A stretch of DNA of 62,960 nucleotides, filler included, from Sluysia triapertura (Eukaryota): assembly GCA_046118255.1 (NCBI GenBank). It is 5 parts of 5 records of this genome, joined end to end, with 100 filler letters (N's around TTAATTAATTAA, not from the genome) between each part and the next. Parts side by side here need not be neighbours in the genome. Positions count along the whole stretch, not along the records: positions 40,036 to 51,309 come from JBJNIA010186503.1; 4 more parts are not named here. One strand, 5' to 3'. A program made the position numbers and the translations under genes. How positions within the stretch are numbered: the first letter of the stretch is position 1; each line of letters opens with the position of its first letter. Positions 40,036-51,409 of this stretch are shown piece by piece. Below the pieces are notes generated by a model. That model did not search any database. It was not told where the DNA came from and was given only the letters and a program-made list of their open reading frames with translations.

Positions 40036-41749
40036 ATAGTGACATTCTTACGTTAGAACCTTCACCGCTTTAAAATCCTACGCTCTCGTCCGTTTTAGGT
40101 AAACCGATTGACGTAGGCGAACCCAAACTATAAACATAAAATTAGTATTTTATAATTGTTCAGGTCGTAGTAAAACCGAACACAACATATTAAAAGAATT
40201 TTATTTAATATCAATCTCAATAACCTCAATTTTAGTAATTTAATAATCTTTATACTTAATTTAATTAAAATTTTATTTTTTAATTTTATAGTATTATTAT
40301 TAAAATAAATTTATAATTAAATGTGAATAGAATTCATTTTTGATAAATAATTCTCTGGAATTGTTATTAATTAGATTGTGGTAAATTTATTTGTCTAAAA
40401 ATTCGAGAAACTAATTAGTTTTAAAAACAAATACTATATTTATTTTTAGAAAGCAAAAATGTTGCATTGTTTATTATCATTACTAATATTATTATCATTA
40501 TTAATAATATTATTAATATTCAAATAATTTTTCAAAGAAAAAAATAATCAATGATCAAAACCAGAAATAAAAGTAAAATAGTTAGGCAACGGCGAATATT
40601 TTATTATTTTACACAATCAAAATGTATTAAGCATGAATTTGCCTATAGTAGGTAGCTAATGCCTTATGGTAGCTAACCCTGAGGATTTTCTTTATTTATT
40701 GAATGCGATGAAGAATTAACGTTTCTGAGACACGTATCTGAAAATATAATTTTTAGATTTTACAAAAATATAGTAAATCAATTTGATTTAATTATGTAAT
40801 AATTTAAAAAAATTAATTTATTTGAAAAAAATCAAATTTGGACATTTATTGCACTAATCTAATAAATCAAATTTGGCCATTTATATTATTTGCAGAAATA
40901 AATATTCGGATATTTTTGACAAGGTAGATAATATTAGTAAATTAATATAAGTAGATCGAGAGAAATAATTGGAAATAGAGAGGAAAATTCAAAAACAGTT
41001 TTATAGTTAATTAAGAATATTAATATTCGACAATGTAACGAATCTGATTAAAATAACAACCGCAGTGATCCATTCGGAATAATATTCAACTATTTGTTTA
41101 TTAAGTTTTGTCTTCCTTCCGTGAAGACTTAAAATCCTACTCAAATTAGTAAACTTTTTCAACCAGGCCTATAGCATATAAAACTTTTTGTTATGTCAAG
41201 ATCAATTACATCAATACCTCTGGTAGCTGAAAGCGATTAACCGTTATAATTCTTCGTATTATCAACATTATTCGATGTGTCAGAGTGCATTTTGTATATT
41301 TTGTAGTTTCTAATTTGTATAATATTTCTTTTTATCTGTATAAATAATTTTTATTATAATAAATTTCAAATAAAATAAATTTTAAAATAAAATTTAGTTT
41401 TTTTAAAAAATATAAATTTTAAAATTTCTAATATTTCAAAAATTATTTTATTAAAATTTTAAAACGAATTTTAATATCTATTTTAAATAAAATAAAATTT
41501 TGCTTAAATAAATCAAAATTAAATTATTTTTTATTTTTCTTTAAATGAATCAATTTAATAAATAGAAGACAACTTCCAATATGGAGTAAATCAATTTTAT
41601 ATAAGTACGTAAGTTTTTAGCAAAAGTAACACAAATTTTTATAAAGTTCTTTCGGAGAAAATTTCAGTAGATAAATATTCCATGCTTTCCAAGTAATTTT
41701 TTATTGTTAGGATTTTCCAATTTACTTTAATAATGGAATAGTAAAATAT

Positions 41750-42231
41750 ACTTAAAGTCATTTTTATTTTGATGCAACACCTTAATATGGGTTGCGAAAC
41801 TTATTTTAAAACTGCCAACCGAGGTTGAGCTAGTTAATTAACTTATTATCGTCATAATTTTAATGTTTGTAAGAACTTTAATAAGTTTTTTCTTTGTTGG
41901 TAATATATACTTTAAGAGAGTTAGAATGTTCTTAATCTATAATAAACTTAAAAAATCATTTTTGTTAAGCAACACCTTAATAAGGGTTGCGTAATTATAA
42001 AATGTATAAGTTTAATTAAACAACACCTCGTAAATGGTTGTATCATAAATTAATTAATGAGTTACAAGTGATTCATATAAGTCGTAAGTGATAAGTAAAA
42101 AGTTTTTTCTAAAGTTAAATTATAAAAAAATCCTAATAGTACGTCTCCAATAGTGGTATAAATCGTATGTATTAAGCGAACCGACTCCTTAGATATTTTG
42201 TAAGAATACGTTTCTAAGAGAAACACTTGCA
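41750..42231 (+). repeat. 5' LTR (start uncertain; ends ..cacttgCA)
   Basis: Homologous to 23870-24190 and ends in CA five nt before the PBS. Confidence 0.7.
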
Positions 42232-42236
42232 AAATT

Positions 42237-42254
42237 TGGCGCCCGAAATGGAAT
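42237..42254 (+). promoter_or_regulatory. Primer binding site, tRNA-Lys(UUU)-like
   Basis: TGGCGCCCGAA matches the first 11 nt of the canonical tRNA-Lys3 PBS (TGGCGCCCGAACAGGGAC). It lies between the LTR end and gag. Confidence 0.8.
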
Positions 42255-42683
42255 CACTTGAAGCATATTATAAGTTTTCATTATTAAATCTATTTGATAA
42301 GTAGATATTGATTAAATTTGAATATAAGTTTTGTTATTATTGAAGTTTTTTGATAAGTTTAAGTTAATATTGATTAAGTTATATTTATTGATTAAGTTAA
42401 GTTTATAAGCTTTAGGTTTTGATAAATTTATAAGTTACGATTTTTGATTTTTGAAGTTACATTAACTGTGTTGATATTAAGTTTAAGTTGTCGTATTGTT
42501 AATTGTTAAATACGTTTTGATGAATTGATTACGATTATTATATTATTGATTTTATTTTTACGTTTACATTTGATTTTTGAATATTATTATTAAGTAATTA
42601 CGTTAAGAATAGATAATAATAATAATAACCCTAAGAAGAAATATAAGAGAACTTTAAGAAGCAACTCACTTGAAAGAATTACA

Positions 42684-43740
42684 ATGACAGTACCATTTGA
42701 AGAATTTAAAGATTGTATGACTCAACTGACTCAGAATATTAAGCCAATAGTAATACTTCCAGAAATGCGCAATTTTAGTGGCGCCGAAGAGGAACTTTGT
42801 GATTTCTTATTTGAATTTGTTAGCTTAGCTGAAGCCTATGGCTGGACTCAAATAGATAAGGTTAAGAGGATACAATATTATTTATCTGGTGTTGCAATAC
42901 AAACCTATAAAGAGATAAAAGATGAATATAAACAAGAGTGGAACACATTTGTCTATGTTTTTACTGAAGAAATAGATTTAGAAGACATAAGAAAATAGTA
43001 TGCAAGAATGCTTAATATAAGAGTGCAGAAACCGCACGAAACAGTTTATGAATTTGCATGTGCGATTAGAAGTTTGGCGTCTAGAGCCAGAATTCCAGAT
43101 AATAGAAGGGAATAATATTAATAGATAAGTTTAAAAATGGGCTACATTCCGAATTACGAATTTATGTAGATTTAATCGAAGAAATGCCATTCAAAGACAT
43201 AGTTAAGAAATTAAGAAGTATTGAAAGTACTAAAAATGAAACCAGAAAAAATATAAGTTACATAGGTGATAACAAGAATACAAGAAATAATTATAATGAA
43301 TCCCCTAAGCATAAGTATGAGAATTTTTTTGAAGACAATAACTTTAATAGTAATATCGGTGGTTTTAATAGCAATAGAGGTAACAGTAACAATAACTTTC
43401 GAGGTAACAATAGAAGAAATTTAAATAATTTTAGAAATAACCCAGGAAGAAATTACGCTAATGTTGGTAGGAGTAATAGAGTGTTTGAAAAGAGACAAAT
43501 AAATAATATGGGCTCAAGAGGGTACGAACAACGTCCACTGCCAAGATGGCCTATTAATCAACCTAATAATAATAATAATAATAATAAGAGATAAGAGATA
43601 TTTTAATAAGAGATAAAAGTCCTGCACGATCAAATTATAATAACAATTATAAAGCTAAAACAAATATAGAAGGTGATATAGTATGTCACAATTGTGGTAG
43701 GCATGGGCACTATGCTCGAAACTCGAAAAATCGAATAAGT
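42684..43740 (+). pseudogene. gag: Gag (capsid + NC zinc knuckle), frameshifted
   Basis: FSGAEEELCDFLFEFVSLAEAYGWTQIDKVKRIQYYLSGVA, QKPHETVYEFACAIRSLA and LIDKFKNGLHSELR are typical retrotransposon capsid motifs. An N/R/G-rich linker follows, then the CCHC remnant VCHNCGRHGHYARN (~43681-43722). Confidence 0.88.
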
Positions 43741-44188
43741 TAAGGTCAAATACTTTTAAGCAAGACTTAAATAAAATGTCGAACTCTAGACAGACCTCAC
43801 CAAGAAGATTAAGTTTCGATATGAATAAGAATGAAGGACAAATAAATTATAATTAGGATGAGGAGTATGAAAAATATGATTATGAGAGACATCCAAGAAC
43901 ACTGACAGATGAAAAGGATAAATACGAAATGGATAAATACGAAATCAAGGAAGAAAAGAAGCAACCTAGGAGTAGGCATGATGATGAAGAGAATATGTTT
44001 ATTAATTGTTTACATAATTACTTTATGCAATTAGTAAAAGAAAATGAAAAAGAGGATAAGAAGAGAAAAAAGATAGAAGATAAATAATTAAAAGTGCTCA
44101 ATAAATTGAAGAAGAAATAAAGCATGCCGAAGCAAATGTAAGAAGATGAATCAAGCATAGTGGCATAACAGACGAGGACGGGGATAGA

Positions 44189-45075
44189 TTGAGTGATATT
44201 GATTGTGTATTAAACTTAGAAGAAGAAGAAGAAGAAATGGATGACATACTCTCAGATACTGAGCCAATGATTATTTTAGGTAATGAAGAAGATATACCAA
44301 CCGAGGAAAATAGCACGAAAAAAACAGCATTTAGTGGTTTATCCAAAAAGGTAAAAAATACAGTTAAAAATTTAGACATACTTTTAAAGATTAATTTAGA
44401 TATGTTTAAAAGACAAAGTATTCGGTCATGTTTACTTTACCTAAGTCAGGCAGATAGCCCACATAGCAACCTGAAACATTAACGAAAATTAACGTATTAT
44501 TAGCAGAATTGATAAATGTATTTATGGAATTGCCTGTTACTATAGTAGTAGAAGATGTAATAGATATGCTTAAATAAAGCGATCCATCAATAAAGGATAT
44601 GAAATTATATTTCTTTAATAGATATCTAGAACCTAGAGAATATTTAATAGATTACGGCTACCAGTTGGGTGATCATGATGAAATGATAAAGGCAGAAATA
44701 GTACATGAAAATTCAAATAATGCTGAAAACGTAACAAATAAAAAAGATAATGAATTCCCACGTACGTTACTAAGACAATTAATGGATGATGATATACATG
44801 TAGTTGACATTGATGATGAAGCAGAAAATAATGAGCTAGTTGTTATCGATGCTGAAGAAGAAAAAGATGAGCCACCTGATTATATAGTGAACCTTAATAA
44901 AAACCCACATATAGAAACCGTTGATAAGGAGACAAATACAATAAAAAGAAAACCTGGGCGTCCACGAAGAGACGAAAATGATATAATAACTGCACCTATT
45001 GTTAAGAATGTTATTGATTTGTCAAAAATAAATTGTGAAAATGATGATGAAATTGAATTAGATATTAAGGAATAA
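44189..45075 (+). pseudogene. Acidic region with AT-hook, inside the retroelement
   Basis: D/E-rich ORFs; KRKPGRPRR at 44944-44970 is a canonical AT-hook core (GRP flanked by K/R). Confidence 0.55.
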
Positions 45076-45077
45076 GT

Positions 45078-45430
45078 TATGCCTTTTTATCCGAAAAATT
45101 TACTAATTTTACTAAATATAAGAAGTTATTGGCGGAAATCAACAAAGTGTATAAAGTTTCTATATATAAATTAATAAGTAAGTTTGAAGAAAGATATACG
45201 GATAAAGATATTAGTGATTTTATAGAAAACGAACAATATAAAGTAGTGATAAATAAGTTAATTAATAAAGGATTTGATGAGGAAAAATTGAAAATAATCT
45301 TAACATACGTTATATACCAATACAACCAAGAAAAAATGGTTACCAAAAATAAAATAGATAATGTTATAGATTTTGTAATTAAGAAAACTAAATTATGGAT
45401 TGAAAATCAAGGAGGTTGGCGCAATATAAT
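45078..45430 (+). other. Putative Bcl-2-like domain inside the retroelement polyprotein
   Basis: BH2-like WIENQGGW at 45396-45419. It is preceded by amphipathic helices spaced like Bcl-2 alpha4-alpha6 (YKVVINKLINKGFDEEKLKIILTYV...KIDNVIDFVIKKTKL). The BH1 NWGR motif is not conserved. Confidence 0.55.
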
Positions 45431-45548
45431 AAAAGGGAAAAATAATCAACAAACGAAAAAGCCGACAAATATAATGACACAATTATTCGACAATAACAGT
45501 AACATATTAAATAATGCAATACCAAGGATAGGTAATTCGACAAGTAAT

Positions 45549-46700
45549 ATACTGTTTATCATAATACTATTATCAATGTTCGGCATAAATAGAACTAATG
45601 TAATAAAGGCATTTGACTGTAGCCAGCCACAAGTGAGCAGAAAATTTTCATTACTGGACAGTGAAGATTGTCCTGAATCAAGGCCAAATAGAATAACGGA
45701 AACCAATTATCAAGGAATTTATCTCTCAGAGAAAATAATTCAACAAGCTAAGAAAGGCGTTGATATAAAAAATATAAAATTAAATGCCTATTTTAACAAT
45801 AAAATCGATTTCTATTACCATTTAGGTTTGATTTCGCTAGAAAAAGTTTTAGGGATTGTTAATTAAACAAAGAAATTTTACGCACAAAATTGGCAATAGC
45901 TATTAGAAATCCAGACTTAGTCGTACCACTACTACCATTAGAAGAAGAAGTTTTCGGTCGACTAATGGGAGAGGTATTATACACGTATAAATGTAAAAAG
46001 GTAGAAGTGCAATTAAGGTCAACTACCGAACGCACAAATGAATCACCCATATTATACGATATTTTCAGAAATATACCTCGAACCAGTAACTAGAGTAATC
46101 TTTCCAAATAACAAAGTCAACAGTTAATGCACTGCTCTAATGTCATGGCACCGGAATATAGAATCGACGATAATTTACGGATAATTATTGGAGTCAAGTA
46201 AAAACTCCAGAAATAATAGAACTAACCGAATTAAAAGGAAGACTAAAATTTTTAGCTTCAAAAAATATACAAAATTCTGGCATTTATACGAATGACAATA
46301 TTCAAGCAGCCTGGCAGGAGGTATTATTCCCAATAAAAAGATCAAAAATATTAACTGAAATCGTAGATAAAGCAACAGTTGAAAAGAATGGACAAGTAAA
46401 TTTCGAATTACTATTGGGACCCGATCATTTTAAAAGAGCTGCACAAGATACATTGAAACAGATATGGGGAAAATTTTTAATAATAGGATAAGCACTTTCC
46501 GGATTGATAGAAATATATATAATTAAGGTAATAGCTTTGATAATTTCTCAAGCTTTTTCAGTAGTCGGAATTTATAAAGTCTCAGGATTTGCGTGGAAAT
46601 TGATAATTGGATGTTTTCCATTTTTGGCAAAATACCTCTTGCACCACCACGTAAATGCTCAAATAAACGCATTAAGAAAAGAAAGACAATATGCAGAAGA
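45549..46700 (+). pseudogene. env: Env: chuvirus-like (class III, gB-related) fusion glycoprotein, internally deleted and frameshifted
   Basis: Signal peptide ILFIIILLSMFG, then AFDC....SLLDSEDC, LNAYFNNKIDF, AIRNPDL..FGRLMGEVLYTYKCKKVEVQLRSTTE.TNE.PI.Y, EPVTRVI, CSNVMAPEYRI, and WGKFLIIG..LSGLI followed by TM segments. These follow the motif order of chuvirus G-like proteins. Confidence 0.8.
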
Positions 46701-46754
46701 AAGACTTATGGAATACTTAGATTTAGAAATTCAAAAGATGAATTTAGTAACACC

Positions 46755-47700
46755 AATATTAATACAATTTCATGATGGACAATTGGTGGACATCTATCTA
46801 AGAGAAAAACACTATCCAGAATAAAAAACAACTATTATTGGGAGGATATGGAAAATGATATTACAAATTGGTTGTTCAATGTGCTGCAGGAAAAAAAATA
46901 CAGGAACCTATGGAATTCACAGCAATGGACAGAATGGGACCATTACCAGAAACTATTAGTATATTATCGTATTTGCAATTTTTTGCCTAAATGGCCTGAG
47001 GCATATCCGATGCCGAATCAAAAGGTAGAGACCGTAGCGCAAATACTTGTAGAAAAATAATTTATAGATACGGCACACCAAGGAAACTGTTGACAGATCA
47101 AGGCACAAATTTTATCAGCGATATAATTAAATCAGTAGCGAAAATATTTAGCATTCTTAGAATTTATACATCATCTCATCATCCACAAATAGATGGATTA
47201 GTCGAACACTTCAACTAGACACTGATAAATATGATACAGTCATATATTAAAGATAGGCAATCCGATTGGGATTTGTACATTGCACCATGTTTATTCGCTT
47301 ATAGAAGTTCGTAAATCCAGCTACGAATTTTACAACATTTTATCAAATGTATTGACGGCATTCTAATATGTCTGTAGCTTTAGAATGGATACCACCAATG
47401 TCACAATACATGGAAACGCCAGAGTATGTGACAGTAATTCATGAAAGATTACAGGATGCATGGAAGCGCGCTGGCCTGCAAATAAAGTTTTCACAAGAAG
47501 CATACAAAGGTGCATATAATAAAAATGATAAAGAGCATAACTTTCAAATGTAACAAAGTACTTATTGAATATCCATTGACTATTCAATGGACAATCACCA
47601 AAGTTGCATAAACCATTTAAGAGACTATATGAAGTGATAAAAATTACTGATACTAATTTATTTGTTAAAGACACTACCAAAACATTTGTAGTACGTGTAG
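46755..47700 (+). pseudogene. int: Gypsy-type integrase, frameshifted
   Basis: HHCC region ILIQFHDGQ/GGHLSKRKTLSRIKNNYYWEDMENDI; KWPEAYPMPNQKVETVAQIL; RYGTPRKLLTDQGTNF; TSSHHPQIDGLVEHFN; DWDLYIAPCLFAYR; GPY/F-like PKLHKPFKRLYEVI. Confidence 0.92.
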
Positions 47701-47869
47701 GTGTAAAATAGCACCAAATAATAAATACAAGTTAAGAAATAGGGCAGTTACCAAATCACTATTAAAAGCTAAACCGAAAATTAAAGATCGTGATAAACCA
47801 CCAACAATACAATCATTAGTTGATAAACAAGTAATAATGATGCTTAATGTATCACTGGAGACCAACAAA

Positions 47870-48190
47870 TATTTTTCAAAACGTGCGTTTTAATGGTAGA
47901 TTGATCCGAGCTGTTCTAGATACCGGAGCTACCATATCTATAATACATTATATTTTTTTAACTACATGGGAACTTGTATTTATAGATCCACCACAAACAA
48001 TAATTTATAATGTTCAACGAGCACCAATAAATAAGAATGGAATAATACATACACATTTAGATTTAATAATTGGCTTAGATATACTTGACAAATTAGATGA
48101 CATGGTTACACATAGTAAGTACGGTCTTATGAAATTTCCACAAGGTGCACAACTATTACTTCCTCAAGTTGTTGTTCCATGTCTCAATAA
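47870..48190 (+). pseudogene. Retroviral-type aspartic protease located downstream of integrase
   Basis: VRFNGRLIRAVLDTGATISII (catalytic D at 47919) and LIIGLDIL. Confidence 0.85.
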
Positions 48191-49729
48191 TGACATCATA
48201 TTCCAACACCTGATCTTGAATTTAATAACCCGGTACCGCTGTCTCATCAATGTCAGAAGTAACAAGTGAATTTTCAGAGTCATCATCAGGAATTGGTTCT
48301 GTTGACACAGTAATGCTCACTTTTTCTAGTAAAAATAATTATAAGGCTAGGCAATCTTTCTGACATCATCATTATTAATATTAACGATTTTATTTTTAAC
48401 TTTGATTGGTACAGTTAAGCCAATAGATATTGAGTAAGATGAGGAATATAGAAATTTAAATGCAGCAATTAATAACGGAAATGAACAAAGAATATCAATT
48501 ACAGATATATATAATGAGTATCGGGAGTTAAAATTTAATTCGAAGAAAATGTTTTTACGTCATAACTTCGATATTTACTGCATCTATTTAGAACCATTAC
48601 TTATCGGAAAACCACATCATATAGACAAAACTCCACGTGGTTTGCAATATGCATATAGACCAATGCTAATAGCATTTGCCTTAGACACAAAAAGAAATAT
48701 AAGAAAGGTACGAAATTTAGTGCAAAATATAACAAACAAAGTCATAAATAATTGTACTTCTAAACTCAAGACTAGTAAACTATCATCTAACGACGCTACG
48801 TAAAAAAACTTACATTTTAGTTCATAAGTTGATCATTATCTCAGTAATTCTTATAGTAGTATATTCCATATGGATTATATTACATAGTTGATTTTAGTAA
48901 ATAAATTACGGACAAGTAACATTAATAAAAATTTGATACCTCTAATGATAACAATGATAATTACTACAGTCCAATGTAACTGTAATTAGAGAACAGTGCA
49001 AGTGATAGTATCTTAGCAATAGGCTGTGACAGTTGTAGGGAAATCACACAAAATTCATCACACTTCATCACATAAAAACATTTCACAGGTACACAGATTA
49101 TTAAACAAACTACTAAACTCTTCTAAAAAACAAACATAATCATCGCACATAATTATCATGAACTACAGCTATTATTATTACAATTCAAATCATATTAAAC
49201 TATATATAATAATTATAGTCATTGTTATATAATATGAATATCAAATAATAACTTTTATAATAAATTTCATATCAACATCAACAATTCAGTATTAATAAAC
49301 ATAATAACCACGTTATTGTTATCATTATTATTTCTTTTATCCTTATTATCAGTCTTTCTTTTTACTCTTCTGCTTTTCTCATTTTTATTTAAACAGTAAT
49401 GCTTAATCAGAAAGATCTCAAATTGTCAAAAGAATGTATCAAAAAGAAGCAAATGATGCGCCAATAAAATCATTGACACTGAGTAATGGCATATAAACAC
49501 GATTATTAGAAAGTTTTCTTAATACAGAAGATTCGGCAACATTAATGGAATCGTTTTTAAAAATTGAACAGCTTCAATTATTAGAAAATTCATTATCAAA
49601 AGAATCAACGATTAAACTTTCAACAATTACAAGTATTACGGAAATTATTATTTATTTATTTGCTAATGCCAAATTACATGATACTATGCAATATTAATCA
49701 AAAGTTTATCAATACATACCATTTACCGA

Positions 49730-49920
49730 CAGTTGTCACGGAAAATGTAACGTGTTGGAAAATAACTACTTTCACCAAAAATAGATAAAAATACTGAGAT
49801 CCAAAACATACAGAAATCCTATTTATGCAGAATTTGATAACACAATTTATTACAAATTAAATACATACAAAGTTACATATCAGTACTTTGTTTGCTCTCT
49901 TTGTGGCTAATAATTCCCTT
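49730..49920 (-). mobile_element. Fragment of the same Tc1 family as 4058-4602, inverted
   Basis: Sequence is the diverged reverse complement of ~4300-4510 (tgttggaaaataactactttc, ataacacaattt, atatcagtactttgt). Confidence 0.8.
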
Positions 49921-50711
49921 AAAATAATTAAAAAACAAAACAAAAATAATAAAAATTATAATAATTAATAAAAAATATTTATCCTATAAAATATCAATAT
50001 TAGTTTGATAAATAAAAGCAACTTTTTAAAATGTTTATACATGGACTTATTTTATTATTTATCAAACAAATTGAATGCTTCAATCATGTAGAAATAATCA
50101 AAAATGGTTGTTATATTGGTAAATTTTGTTTTCAAGAACATATAAATAATAATACATTTAAGTTTACAAAACAAATTTAAAATGCTCTGGAAAAGAAAAC
50201 TATAAAGCTTCTGTAGGTGAACCAGTATTCGACAATTTTTTCAATGGATCTATATACGTACGTAGTATTATATGCGGATTTAATGAAGATTATTCAGTAA
50301 TTGATGGAGAGTATAAAATGATTTATTTAAAAGTAATCATCATTTTAATAAAATAATTTATTTATCGCGCTCCACACAGCCACGAGTGCCACCTAATAAC
50401 TTTCATATCAGTATCATCAATACCACTATTTTAAAAAATATAATAATTACCGTATTGTTATCATTATTATTTCTTTTATCCTAATTATCAACCTTTCTTC
50501 TTATTCTTTTGTTTTTTCCCAGTTATATATTTATGTGTGTGTATCTGATAAGGTACTTGTCAATTAGGTACAGCTGTATTTATTATATTAACTTGTTAAA
50601 TCAAATATTATTAAATCAATGTCGAAAGCATTACTATTGCAAAATCAATCAAATGCAAATAACCTCCACAAATTCAAATAACTATATCGAATATTTATTT
50701 TTTTATGCCAG

Positions 50712-51182
50712 ATGATAAAGTTTCACTAAAGCCATTTGGAGATGATAAAGATAGACGTTTAAGTAGTATCCTTAAACGGAATTATTGTAACATTCATTTA
50801 CATCATAATAAATTGGTTATTAAAGGTCAAAAACGATGAAAGTCCATCTGTAGAATCAGCTGTCAAATGTGTTAAGCAAGTTTATCAATATTTTCCTAAT
50901 TTTTATGTCAGTACAGCTTTAGAACGTTCTTTGGTAGATATATCTTTACCAAAAGTATGTAATGCTAAACTTTTGAAAAGTGAAAAATTTTATTCAATTT
51001 AACGTATTTTCTTTACTTTCATGTAATCGGTAAACGTAGAAATGATTTTATTGTATGGTTAAATTCTGGTGTTTCGGGCCAACTAACATCGAGTCAGTGC
51101 GTTGTCTTAGCTAATGAAAATTGTAATCGTGATGCCGGATTTAAACGAAGCTATGTACAAATTCATGGACAAACTAAAACAG
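50712..51182 (+). pseudogene. Coding-like exon fragments of unknown gene
   Basis: Open stretches (NWLLKVKNDESPSVESAVKCVKQVYQYFPNFYVSTALERSL; NDFIVWLNSGVSGQLTSSQCVVLANENCNRDAGFKRSYVQIHGQTK) with AG/GT boundaries. Partly similar to 49400-49720. No family recognised. Confidence 0.3.
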
Positions 51183-51309
51183 GTATTTAATCGGTTTATC
51201 CTTACATCAAATAACATTGTATTTAATGCTACAGTATTAATATAATGGAAATGTTGATTTATAAGGATACTTATTTTTGCTTTTAATTACAATTGTATTC
51301 TATTTTTAT

Positions 51310-51409
51310 NNNNNNNNNNNNNNNNNNNNNNNNNNNNNNNNNNNNNNNNNNNNTTAATTAATTAANNNNNNNNNNNNNNNNNNNNNNNNNNNNNNNNNNN
51401 NNNNNNNNN
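51310..51409. other. Assembly gap spacer
   Basis: 44 N + TTAATTAATTAA + 44 N. Confidence 0.97.

Larger units (their letters stand above)
41750..49300 (+). mobile_element. Decayed Ty3/Gypsy-type LTR retroelement with env and accessory domains (boundaries approximate; no 3' LTR seen)
   Basis: LTR shared with the 23.7-24.2 kb copy, PBS, gag, chuvirus-like glycoprotein, Gypsy integrase and DTG protease all lie on the + strand with many stops and frameshifts. Confidence 0.9.

Noticed and set aside
40073-40123. HDV-like ribozyme (GGCGAA resembles J4/2 after a P4 stem)
   Set aside because: No P1/P1.1/P3 nested pseudoknot is visible upstream, and the would-be catalytic C is T in two of five copies. 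Kept only as an unassigned structured motif.
44098-47868. Minus-strand ORFs within the retroelement (e.g. 44098-44379, 45446-45706, 47363-47680)
   Set aside because: Antisense shadows of the plus-strand coding regions, with no independent motifs.
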